Shown here one piece after another: positions 40,693 through 54,200 of a DNA stretch of 64,000 bases (position 1 is its first letter; each line of letters begins with the position of its first letter). Source of the stretch: Eledone cirrhosa (lineage: Eukaryota); contig OZ024740.1 of NCBI GenBank assembly GCA_964016885.1, positions 72,726,001 through 72,790,000 of the forward strand. Direction: 5' to 3'. Under the pieces are notes generated by a model. The model made no database searches. It was not told the origin of the DNA and saw only the letters and a list, made by a program, of their open reading frames with translations. The translations under genes were made by a program, and so were the position numbers.

Positions 40693-40761
40693 TAAGAGGA
40701 TCCGCTAAGGTGAAACAATTGTTCTCGGTATGGTGAACTAACTGTTGCATAACCACTTCCA

Positions 40762-40826
<65 letters not shown>

Positions 40827-41922
40827 AAATGGAAAAGAATGAAATGAAATTTCAATTCTCACTCTTAGTACGGCTGATACTTAAATGTAAGTATGTATAC
40901 GTACATACATATATGTATACAGACGTACAGTAGTATGTATATATATGCATACATGCACACACATATATATGTACGTATGGGTTTACCGAACATTTATTAT
41001 AATGCTAACTATAATTTTCAAATAATTTTGAAAATAATCAAGAATTAATAATATAACTAAATTTAATAATATAACTAACTTTCTCATTGTTAAGTTGGGG
41101 TTTAGAACATAACACAACAAGGGTTCATTCAATAAATTATGATAGGCGATTTTTAGATAAATATATACAGTTTAAAATAAATAGTTTTGTGTCCTAGAAA
41201 CCGGTCAGTTTTTAGTAGTTTGGCATCAATAGGATAACGCTTTCATTACCATATTTCTAATGAAAAACATTGTCTATAATTGTTAAATAATTTTGAAAGT
41301 AATAAAGAATTTGTTGAAACATAACTTAACAAAGGTTCTTACATATAATTATTATAGGTTTTTAGATAAATATAAACAGTTTAAAATAAACAGTTTTGTA
41401 TTATAGAACCAGGGATCAGGCGGTTTGATATGAAATGGTTTAAGCGTCTTTACCATTGGACACAAACACATTGAGGTTATGCATGAGCGTACGAACTGTC
41501 AATGTTTAGGTTAGTAGTATGAAAATAGGGGCTAACCAGCTAAAACACGTGACTCGATTGTTAATTGAAATGAATGTAAACTGCTGCTACTTTTGTCATT
41601 TGCTAAGGTCCTCTATATATCTCTAAATCCAAACTAAACATTAACCGTACTAACCTCATCCTGCCATGCCACCTCTGCCTTCTTGGAGGGTCCCCAAGAG
41701 CCATTGATCAATCATTCCAACTTGAGCTATCAAATAAAAGAAAGATTAACCTCCCAGAATGAGCTGTAAGTGGTTTTTATATTATATTATATTATATTAT
41801 ATTATATTATATTATATTATATTATATTATATCATGTATATGTATATATATGCATATACGTATATTAAAATTTTAATTCTATTTCTAACATGGAATCAAC
41901 TATTAAAGATAAAAGTAACTAG

Positions 41923-42027
<105 letters not shown>

Positions 42028-43636
42028 ACTGACCGAGTCTTTAGAGTATCTATAATATACCTGAAGGAAAAGAACCGAGGAGAGTGTTCTGCATGCTAAA
42101 TACAAATATGGTAAATATGGCTGAATTGTGAAGAAGTTTCCTTTGCAATCATGAGGTCTCAGGTTCGAACCTATGTGTGGCATTTTGTACAAGTGTGTTT
42201 ACTACAGCCTACCGAGTAAAATTGCATATACGGAAACTGTTTCGTAGCCTGATGGATTAATTGTATCAATGGTTCAATGTTCCAGTCTTGTTACATACTA
42301 TGTCATACTGATTCGGCTTGAGAATTTCGTTAAATGTACAAATGTCGATGGCGCATGACATAGTGGTTAGAGCGTCTGATTCACAATCGTGAAGCTGTGA
42401 GTTCAATTACCAGACCGAGCGAAGTGTTGAATCCTTGAGCAAAACACTCTTATAACACGTTGCTCCTGTTCATTGAACTGTAGATATGAGTTGCAAAATC
42501 ACTGGGGCCAAAAAGTATCTATCGGCCTTGGCATTCCATTGGACAATATATATATATATAGTGTATATATGGTCTTTATATATGAGATATATAATATATA
42601 TATATTTTGTAGTCAGTGGTGCCAAGCGGTATCAGCCTTTAATATTACCTTGAACAACATCGGTGGCATAGAAAGGGGAGACTGCTGGTTTTCCATGAAA
42701 ACACTTTGCCCGGTTTGTGCCACAGAGGGGAACTTTTTAGATGCAACTCGATGGTCATTCGTGAGCAAAGGTGGTTCTTTACACATGTCTATGGAATACT
42801 CAACCAGTTATACGCTAATTCACGAGACTGACATTCAGTTGATTGAATACCTGAACGTCGAAGGCACTCAGGAATATCGGAATTAATACGTTAATGATAA
42901 TTTTGGCTTATAACAGATATTTAATTTCATATTTAACTTCACGCAGAAGATGTCCCTGGGTATTCTCCAGTCATTTTATATTAACAAGGGTAGTACTCTA
43001 CGAACTCGGTCAGTAATAACTTGTAAGCATGGAAATATCAATTCAAACATTGGCATTGATTTAGAGTATAGATATGATCTTATTGAAAGAGAAGACATAT
43101 TGACATTTTGAGAAAAGTAAGAATGTATGGAACCTTGGTTCAGCTCCAGTAAAAGGCTGGTATTATTGTAGTCTTTGGTGAAGGGGTTAAACAATTATGT
43201 TTAATATCTAACAGGAATCAAGAATCGCAGGACAATAAAGGGAAGTAAATACGAATGCATACGTAAGAATGGTACGAATGTTTGCATGTTATAAAATGTA
43301 TCTGTTGTTGTATTGCTTCATATTCGTGCAATACATGATGATATAAGGCAGAAAATTGGCAAAGTCGGTAGGGCGTGGGATCTAAAAAAAATGCCTCAGT
43401 ATTTGTTCTAGCTTACTGAGCTGAGTTGAAATCCCTCTGAAGTCACCTTTGACTTTAACCCTTTTGCAGTCGATAAATAATGTACTTGTGAATTCCCTCA
43501 CATTCTTTCTTTCTCTGTATTCCGACAGTCGTTTAAAAATGCACAAGACAAGCAGGGTACAAAGATAGCGTCCCTAAGATTCAATCAGGAGTTAAGGACA
43601 ATTCAACTTTTTATTACACACACACACACCACACAC

Positions 43637-43714
<78 letters not shown>

Positions 43715-43911
43715 ATCCCGAGTTGGGTCGGGAGTAACCTCAGTAAATAAGGTACTCAATACATATGTATAGTAACAACAGAGGTTTATATAGAAGAGCC
43801 TTTTCAATATAAACATCTCACTCTCTCTTTCTCTCTCTCTCTCTCTGCCCCCCTCTCTCTATATATATCATGACATATTCATTATTTTGTCTTCTAAATA
43901 TATATACTTCT

Positions 43912-43948
<37 letters not shown>

Positions 43949-43972
43949 ATATTTATTTATTTATTTATAATA

Positions 43973-44028
<56 letters not shown>

Positions 44029-44282
44029 GTTTATTAGATTAAGGAGTAATAAGAGCATCATTCATTTCTTATTCAGACCATACAAATGGTTTAAGCTTGA
44101 CCAATAGGTCAGGTTTAATTTAATAAATAAAATATATAAAAGAGCCAGCCACCCTCTTTAAACAATTAGTTCAATCTCTGGTGTGTGTTAAGTTATATGT
44201 GGATGATCACCGGGTAATGCTTGCATTGAAACAATAGTTTGTATTATATAAATATATACATACATTCTCTCTTTCTATAAGT

Positions 44283-44358
<76 letters not shown>

Positions 44359-44359
44359 G

Positions 44360-44417
<58 letters not shown>

Positions 44418-45123
44418 CGTTCGCACATATACAGACGCTCACACACCGAGACACACACACGCCCACACGCCCACACATGCACACATACATATGTATGTAT
44501 ATATTTATGAAGCAAAATGAGCACAGCAATGACAAAAACGCATAAGAGTCTCAGATGCAGGGAAATAATGCTCATCTTTTTCAGCCACCGACAGTAGTTT
44601 ATGTATCAAATAGGTTCGATGCATATTGTGTGACCGAACATGTAGCTGCATCAGTTGTTTGTATGGCTATATCTTATAACTAATAGATAAAGCAAAGAAC
44701 GAATAGACAGAATACAAGGGTCTTCTGACAAAATGAGACAATACAGTGTCAAAAAACAAAAATAACAAAGTACCTACCGAAATTATCTATAACAACAGAG
44801 GGTCTCTGCGAAGAAAAGCAATCTGAACAAAACATTATATATTCTTGACCGTGTAATCTTTTGTTTTGTCGAGAGACTTTCGTATTCTGTATATTCGTTT
44901 CTTGTTTTGTCTATTCGCTAGCAGATAGAGCCTTATAATCAACTAATGCTGCTGTGACTCTAGTCCCAACATTTTCATCGAAATCGGGTTGCTACATAAC
45001 CTTCAGTCGGTGGCTGAAGAAGCGAGCATTGTTCTTCGTGCGTCTGTGTTTTTTTTAATGTGTTTTATTGTCCTCCTGCTCATTTTCTATCTTTTATTGA
45101 TTGAAAACGCTCGCAGATTTGGT

Positions 45124-45212
<89 letters not shown>

Positions 45213-45587
45213 TATATTTATTTAGTATTCCAAACTTTAACGAAAATTCAGTGTAGATATATAATACATGTAAACCCTACAGTCTAGCATAAACCGCTTC
45301 GATGGTTTTTTTTAACTTTTAACCCACGAAACTGTTTATGCTTGAGTGTTGGGCTTACTTGTGACGTATATGTATGTATATATATATATATATATATATA
45401 AACGCATGCATATATAATGTATATATATATGTATATGTATATAAATGTATATATAAACATATACATATACATCCATTTATACATACAAATATATACACAA
45501 AAATATGCATATATACATACATATATACACACATATATATATACATACATATATACATATATACATATATATATACATATGATGCAT

Positions 45588-45621
<34 letters not shown>

Positions 45622-45810
45622 CCCTTAGAGGATTCTTTAGAAAGGCAGTTAGTGGTTTACTACAATGAGTATTTTATGATAATCACAAATTAATTTCACC
45701 TACTGCCTAAGGGAAACGGCTACAATGCCAACCACCAGACTTGAGCTGGACTGATACCAGCTCCCCATAGTGGCAAAAGTAGGTACTAGTAGCTGGGCAA
45801 GGAAACATAC

Positions 45811-46080
45811 TAGAGTTAACTCCCGTTGGAGGGGAAAGAGTCCGTGAGCTCCCATTGATTTTATTTCGTTGTTGCTGATACTTTTTCTGCCGCGCCCGGC
45901 TGTTCTGAAACCACACCTGTGTCACTCGCTTACTGAGGCCAGCTTGTGCTGCTATCTGCTCCAGATCATTACCATCAGGGTTACTGTCTAGTTGGAATTT
46001 CGCTTGTAGAAACTGTAGCTGTTCTTCAGTAAAAGTTGTTCGCACGCGTTTTGCCTTCGGCTTTTGACTACTGGCGCTCT
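45811..46080 (-). CDS. Awh: Homeobox exon of a LIM-homeobox gene, Arrowhead/Lhx6/8 family
   Basis: Translates as SASSQKPKAKRVRTTFTEEQLQFLQAKFQLDSNPDGNDLEQIAAQAGLSKRVTQVWFQNSRARQKK. AKRVRTTF, DSNPDG and VTQVWFQNSRARQKK are diagnostic of Awh/Lhx6/8. Acceptor ttttttccatttcag at 46081+ (phase 1); candidate donor A|GTATGT at 45810 (phase 1). Without splicing, the frame runs to TAG at 45707. Confidence 0.92.
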
Positions 46081-46685
46081 CTGAAATGGAAAAAAATACA
46101 GAAAAAACGTGTCAGATTTAGCATTGTTTACTATGTTTTCTTGGCTTATATATTTTTTTATTGTCTAAATAAATGATTAAAACATATTACTTGCAGTATC
46201 AACTGAGGAAGCGTCACTGACGATGGATTAATAATACTGAACTACTAGTATTTGGCGTTCTCACATAATTACTATTTATATATATAATTCTTCCTACTTT
46301 TGGCACAAGGCATTACTGGTGCTTTATTTTATCGACCCCGTAAAGATGAAAGGCAAAGTTAACCTCGGCAGGATTTGAACTCAGACCGTAAAGGGCCGTA
46401 ACTCTATGTTGCAAAGCATGGCGTCCGACCCTCTACCGATACTGCCAATCCACCGCCTAATTACTATATATATAATATTATCCACCGTGAGACTCTATAT
46501 GATTATTATTCATAAATATATTGTATGTGTGTGTCCACAAACACCTTTATTCTGAATCACACTGTGTTAGTATACTGAGAATAAATGATTTTATATCTAT
46601 TTTATGTTCAATGAAAAACGCCTCCCGCCACGTCGTCTCAAATTCTCACTCGTTCACATCCCTATATTTACATGCATATATGTAT

Positions 46686-48456
46686 TTATACAAACATACA
46701 TACATACATAGATACATACATACATACATACATACAAACACACATACAAACATACATACATACAAACATGCATTCAAATAAACATACATACAAACATCCA
46801 AACAAACATATATATATACATATCAACATGCATATATGCGTACAAAAATTCAAACGTACAAACACACACACATACAAACATACATACAAACATACATACA
46901 AACATACATACATACATACATACATACATACATACATACATACATACATGCATACACGTATATATACATATACACAGACAAACATACATACAAACATACA
47001 TACATACATACATTCATACATACATGCATACACGTATATATACATACACACAGACAAACATACATACAAACATACATACATACATACATACATACACGTA
47101 TATATACATATACACAGACAAACATACATACAAACATACATACACACATACATACATAGATTCATGTCAACATGCATATATGCGTACAAACATTCAAACA
47201 TACATACATACATACATATATACATATACACATACATACATACAAACACACATACATACATACATATATACATATACACATACATACATACAAACACACA
47301 TACATACATACATATACTCAAGCACATATACATACACTCACGCACATACATACATACCCACATACATACATATACATAAAGGCTGCACCAACGTTTCGAG
47401 AATTTCCATCCGTTGATCTTTTTCTTATACATAGGTGGCACGAACATGACTGTTTGGCCCCACCAAGGGCTAAGATTCCTTTCTGCATATACTGCAGCAA
47501 AATAAAAAACGAAAAGGCCATGCTCACGCAACACACGTAACATTCGTTTCGATCAAGTGATGCCTGTGTTTAAAGCTCTTTTAAGTGAAGAAAGGCATTG
47601 CACTGGACCAAACCCACTTTCTGAACAACATACATACATACACTCACACATACAAATATATATACATATATACACTCATGCACACACATACATGCATACA
47701 CTCACACATACAAATATATATACATATATACACTCATGCACACACATACATGCATACACTCACACATACAAATATACATACATATATACACTCACGCACA
47801 TACATACATGCATACATACATACATACATACATACATACATGCATACATACATACATACATACATACATACATACATACATACATGCATACATACATACA
47901 TACATACATGCATACATACATACATGCATACATACATACATACATACATACATACATACATACATGCATACATACATACATACATACATACATACATGCA
48001 TACATACATACATGCATACATACATACATACATACATACATACATACATACATACATACATACATACATGCATACATACATACATACATACATACATACG
48101 TACATGCATACATACATACATGCATATATGCATACATACATGCATACATACATACATGCATACATACATACATACATACATACATACATACATACATGCA
48201 TACATGCATACATACATACATACATACATACATACATACATACATGCATACATACATACATGCATACATACATACATACATACATACATACATACATACA
48301 TACATGCATACATACATACATACATACATACATACATACATACATGCATACATACATACATACATGCATACATACATACATGCATACATACATACATACA
48401 TGCATGCATACATACATACATACATACATACATACATACATACATACATACATACA
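46686..48456. repeat. (TACA)n / (TACATGCA) microsatellite fields
   Basis: Directly visible; similar fields at 14603-15455 and 37055-37300. Confidence 0.95.
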
Positions 48457-48624
48457 TGGTGGAACATTCCCATCAAAAATAGTTGTTTCTACTTTGGGCA
48501 CAAGGCCAGAAATTACCCAGTGTATTACTGGTACTTTATTTTATCGACCCCGTAAGGATGAAAGGCAAAGTTAACCTCGGCGGGATTTGAACTCAGGCCA
48601 TAAAGGGCCATAACTCTTAGTGCA

Positions 48625-48960
48625 GATAAAACAGGCTTGATATCGTTGTTTGGGACAGAAAAGAAACATTATGTACAAGAGGTCAGTTGTCCTCCTATGA
48701 GAATATTTCTTCTAAATTCGGTGAGAAAGTGAATAATTACAGACAACTGTTTCGACATCTTCAGCTTCTCTACCCAGATCCTAAATACACATTTATATCG
48801 ATAATTACTGGTATACTTTGCTGTTAGTAAATGTTTAAGTGACAATCTAGAAAATGTAGAGTTTTCAGACAAAACAATTTACCAACTAACACACATGTTT
48901 ACGAATACAGTCGATAAGGGAACAGTAAAAATATTCAAGACTTTTCTAAAGCTGAACATA
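48625..48960 (+). mobile_element. Decayed RLE-domain fragment of an R4/R2-group non-LTR retrotransposon
   Basis: Across frameshifts: NRLDIVVWD...EVSCP..ENISSK..EK.NNY..L.R.LQLLYP..KY.FISIITG...GTVKIFKTFL, a PD-(D/E)xK-type RLE pattern. Confidence 0.65.
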
Positions 48961-49429
48961 TTACATTTGCTATTGTTGTTATCCAAATTCCAACGATGGA
49001 GCTTTGTTTCGTTCTCAAGTGAAATCAAGTTAAGTCGTTATTTTATTAACGACAAAATATCTAATAACAAGATTTTAAAATAACAATATTTAAAACTGAT
49101 TTTAATATTACACAACAATTTTTTCAAGCAGGAAGAGAGAAAAAAGAGAAAAGAGGGAGGGAGAAGGAAAAAATAAATATATAGTAAGGGGAGGATAGAG
49201 ACCAACTCTACATCATTGGTTGGGTGGTACATCACAGCTGCACCCCACGGACTTCATTGCCCCGGGGAGCAGCCAGCAACACCCATTACAGCAGCCATTC
49301 CACTTCCTAGTGCTCTCATCTCCTGATTCTGCAACGAAAAACGACAATCTGAGAATGGAAGAGGAAACCGGGGCTGTCGATGACAACCGGCAGAAAAAGG
49401 AGTGGAAACTGTCCGCCAAAGCCCGGTAC

Positions 49430-49590
49430 TTAGTTATGTTCGGTTCCCACGTGTTACGGGTGGTGGTACCCGGGTTTGGAGTATCTAATTATCTTCAGCT
49501 CTCACGTGTTACGGGTGGTGGTACCCGGGTTTGTAGTATCTAATTATCTTCGGCTCCCACGTGTTACGAGTGGTGGTACCCAGGTTTGTG
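49430..49590 (+). repeat. 55-bp tandem repeat x~3
   Basis: cacgtgttacgggtggtggtacccgggtttg at ~49448, 49503 and 49558. Confidence 0.9.
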
Positions 49591-49974
49591 GCCAAAACAA
49601 GGTAGACCATATTACGAAGAAAACATTCTTCATCACCATTCGAACAGAGAGTATGCGTTAATACTCGAGTCTTTTGTTCATGACGAAAGATGCGTGAAAT
49701 GTGATTTTCTTTCCAAGTATATAATGGAAGTGTGCCAAGTGGACAAGTAAGAAATTGTCGGAATTCTACTGAATCCGAGAATATCGATGGGAGAAAGTAA
49801 TGTAGAGAAAGACTTAAGGAAATGAGTATCGAATGAGGTGGAAGTATGGAGTAAAGAAAGAGGAGAGTAGAAAATAGAGAAAAATGTAGGAGGAAGAGAA
49901 GGGAGGAGTAAAGGACAGTAACAGATGGAAAGTAAGAGAGTTTGAACGTGTGATATCTGTCCCTTACTTATATG

Positions 49975-50058
<84 letters not shown>

Positions 50059-50138
50059 ACGAAGGAAATATGGTAAGGAACCAGGTGGACCATAACGCAC
50101 CAAAGTACTCAATATATATATATTTGTGTATCTATCTT

Positions 50139-50183
<45 letters not shown>

Positions 50184-50204
50184 ATATCTATCTATCTATC
50201 TATA

Positions 50205-50296
<92 letters not shown>

Positions 50297-50298
50297 CA

Positions 50299-50350
<52 letters not shown>

Positions 50351-50873
50351 CGTTATTCCGGCGGGTTGAATCGGAGGTAACCACAGTAAGTAAGGTACTC
50401 AATACATAGCAGAGTATAAAAGTTTTAATATAGATGAGATTCTACAGGACTAGAACTGTTTCATTCTTTAGAAATCATCAAGAATCATCAGGAATATAAA
50501 ATATATATATATATATATATACATACACATATATATATATATATATATACACACAGATAAGTATGTATATATATATGGATGTATATATATATATATATAT
50601 ACATACACACACACAAATATAGATATATATATATATACATATACACACAGATATGTATGTATATATATATGGATGTATATATATATATTTATATATATAT
50701 ATATATATACATACACACACACATATATATATATACACAGATATGTATGTATATGTATGTGTGTGTGTGTGTGTGTATGTATATATATATATACACACAC
50801 ACACATATATATATATATACACACAGATATGTATGTATATATATATGGATGTACCGTAGGTGTGAAAGCAAGT

Positions 50874-51098
<225 letters not shown>

Positions 51099-51209
51099 AT
51101 ACGACGACGACGACGAAATAAGGAAATGGGAACGAAATTAGCTGAAAAGATTGAAATAAGAATAAATAAATAAATAAAATAAAAAAAAACCTAGATTTAG
51201 TGGAGATGA

Positions 51210-54200
51210 TGTGTGGTGGTGGTGGTGGTGGTGGTGGTGGTGGTGGTGGTGGTGGTGGTGGTATTTGTGGTGGTGATGGTGGTGGTGGTGGTGGTGGTGG
51301 TATTTGTGGTGGTGATGGTGGTGGTGGTGGTGGTGGTGGTATTTGTGGTGGTGGTGGTGGTGGTGGTGGTGGTGGTGGTGGTGGTTGTGGTGGTGGTGGT
51401 GGTGGTGGTGGTGGTGGTGGTGGTGGTGGTGGTGGTTGTGGTGGTGGTGGTGGTGGTGGTGGTGGTGGTGGTGGTGGTTGTGGTGGTTGTGGTGGTGGTG
51501 GTGGTGGTTGTGGTGGTGGTGGTGGTGGTGGTGGTGGTGGTGGTGGTGGTGGTTGTGGTGGTTGTGGTGGTGGTGGTGGTGGTGGTGGTGGTTGCGGTCG
51601 TTGTGATGGTTGTGGTGGTTGTGGTGGTTGTGGTGGTTGTGTTGGCTGTGATGGTAGTGGTGGTTGTGGTGGTAGTGGTGGTGGTGGTGGTGGTGGTGGT
51701 GGTGGTTGTGGTGGTTGTGGTGGTTGTGGTGGTGGTGGTAGTGGTGGTGGTGGTGGTGGTGGTGGTTGTGGTGGTGGTGGTGGTGGTGGTGGTGGTGGTG
51801 GTTGTGGTGGTTGTGGTGGTTGTGGTGGTGGTGGTTGTGGTGGTAGTGGTGGTGGTGGTGGTGGTGGTGGTTGTGGTGGTGGTGGTTGTGATGGTTGTGG
51901 TGGTTGTGGTGGTTGTGGTTGTGGTGGTTGTGGTGGTTGTGGTGGTGGTGGTTGTGGTGGTTGTGATGGTTGTGGTGGTTGTGTTGGTTGTGATGGTAGT
52001 GGTGGTTGTGGTGGTTGTGGTGGTTGTGGTGGTTGTGGTGGTGGTGGTGGTTGTGGTGGTGGTGGTGGTTGTGGTGGTTGTGGTGGTTGTGGTGGTTGTG
52101 GTGGTGGTGGTTGTGGTGGTTGAGGTGGTGGTGGTGGTTGTGGTGGTGGTGGTTGTGATGCTTGTGGTGGTTGCGATGCTTGTGGTGGTGGTGGTGGTTG
52201 TGGTGGTTGTGGTGGTTGTGGTGGTTGTGGTGGTTGTGGTGGTGGTGGTTGTGGTGGTTGTGATGGTTGTGGTGGTTGTGGTGGTTGTGATGGTTGTGGT
52301 GGTTGTGGTGGTTGTGGTGGTTGTGGTTGCGATGGATGTGGTGGTTGTGGTGGTTGTGGTGGTTGTGGTGGTTGTGGTGGTTGTGGTGGTTGTGGTGGTT
52401 GTGATGGTTGTGGTGGTTGTGTTGGTTGTGATGGTAGTGGTGGTTGTGGTGGTTGTGGTGGTTGTGGTGGTTGTGGTGGTTGTGGTGGTGGTGGTGGTTG
52501 TGGTGGTTGTGGTGGTTGTGGTGGTTGTGGTGGTGGTGGTTGTGGTGTTTCTGGTGTTTGTGGTGGTTGTGGTGGTGGTGGTTGTGATGGTTGTGGTGGT
52601 TGCGATGGTTGTGGTGGTGGTGGTGGTTGTGGTGGTTGTGGTGGTTGTGGTGGTGGTGGTGGTTGTGGTGGTTGTGGTGGTTGTGGTGGTTGTGGTTGTT
52701 GTGGTGGTGGTGGTTGTGGTGGTTGTGATGGTTGTGGTGGTTGTGGTGGTTGTGATGGTTGTTGTGGTTGTGGTGGTTGTGGTGGTTGTGGTGGTTGTGG
52801 TGGTTGTGGTGGTTGTGGTGGTGGTGGTGGTTGTGGTGGTTGTGGTGGTTGTGGTGGTTGTGGTGGTTGTGGTTGTGGTGGTTGTGGTGGTTGTGATGGT
52901 TGTGGTGGTTGTGGTGGTTGTGATGGTTGTGGTGGTTGTGGTGGTTGTGGGGGTTGTAGTGGTTGTGGAGGTTGTGGTGGTGGTGGTGGTTGTGGTGGTT
53001 GTGGGAGGTTGTGGTGGTTGTGGTGGTTGTGGTGGTTGTGGTGGTGGTGGTGGTTGTGGTGGTTGTGATGGTTGTGGTGGTTGAGGTGGTTGTGATGGTT
53101 GTGGTGGTTGTGGTGGTTGTGATGGTTGTGGTGGTTGTGGTAGTTGTGATGGTTATGGTGGTTGTGGTGGTTGTGGTGGTTGTGGTGGTGGTGGTGGTTG
53201 TGGTGGTTGTGGTGGTTGTGGTGGTTGTGGTGGTGGTGGTGGTTGTGGTGGTTGTGGTGGTTGTGGTGGTTGTGGTGGTTGTGGTGGTGGTGGTGGTTCT
53301 GGTGGTTGTGATTGGTGTGGTGGTTGTGGTGGTTGTGGTGGTTGTGATGGTTGTGGTGGTTGTGGTGGTTGTGATGGTTGTGATGGTTGTGGTGGTTGTG
53401 GTGGTTGTGGTGGTTGTGGTGGTTGTGGTGGTTGTGATGGTTGTGGTGGTTGTGGTGGTTGTGATGGTTGTGGTGGTTGTGGTGATTGTGGTGGATGTGG
53501 TGGTTTTGGTGGTTGTGATAGTTGTGGTGGTTGTGGTGGTTGTGGTGGTTGTGGTGGTTTTGGTGGTTGTGATGGTTGTGGTGGTTGTGGTGGTTGTGGT
53601 GGTTGTGATGGTTGTGGTGGTTGTGGTGGTTGTGGTGGTTGTGATGGTTGTGGTGGTGGTGGTGGTGGTTGTGATGGTTGTGGTGGTGGTGGTTGTGGTG
53701 GTTGTGATGTTGTGGTGGTTGTGGTGGTTGTGATGGTTGTGGTGGTTGTGGTGGTTGTGGTGGTTGTGGTGGTTGTGGTGATTGTGATGGTTGTGGTGGT
53801 TGTGGTGGTTGTGGTGGTTGTGGAGGTTGTGGTGGTTGTGGTGGTTTTGGTGGTTGTGGTGGTTGTGGTGGTTGTGGTGGTTGTGGTGGTTTTGGTGGTT
53901 GTGATGGTTGTGATGGTTGTGGTGGTTGTGGTGGTTGTGGTGGTTGTGATGGTTGTGATGGTTGTGGTGGTTGTGATGGTTGTGGTGGTTGTGGTGGTTG
54001 TGGTGGTTGTGGTGGTAGTGGTGGTTGTGGTGGTTTTGGTGGTTGTGATGGTTGTGATGGTTGTGGTGGTTGTGGTGGTTGTGGTGGTTGTGGTGGTTGT
54101 GGTGGATGTGTGGTTGTGGTGGTTGTGATGGTTGTGGTGGTTGTGGTGGTTGTGGTGGTTGTGATGGTTGTGGTGGTTGCGGTGGTTGTGATGGTTGTGG

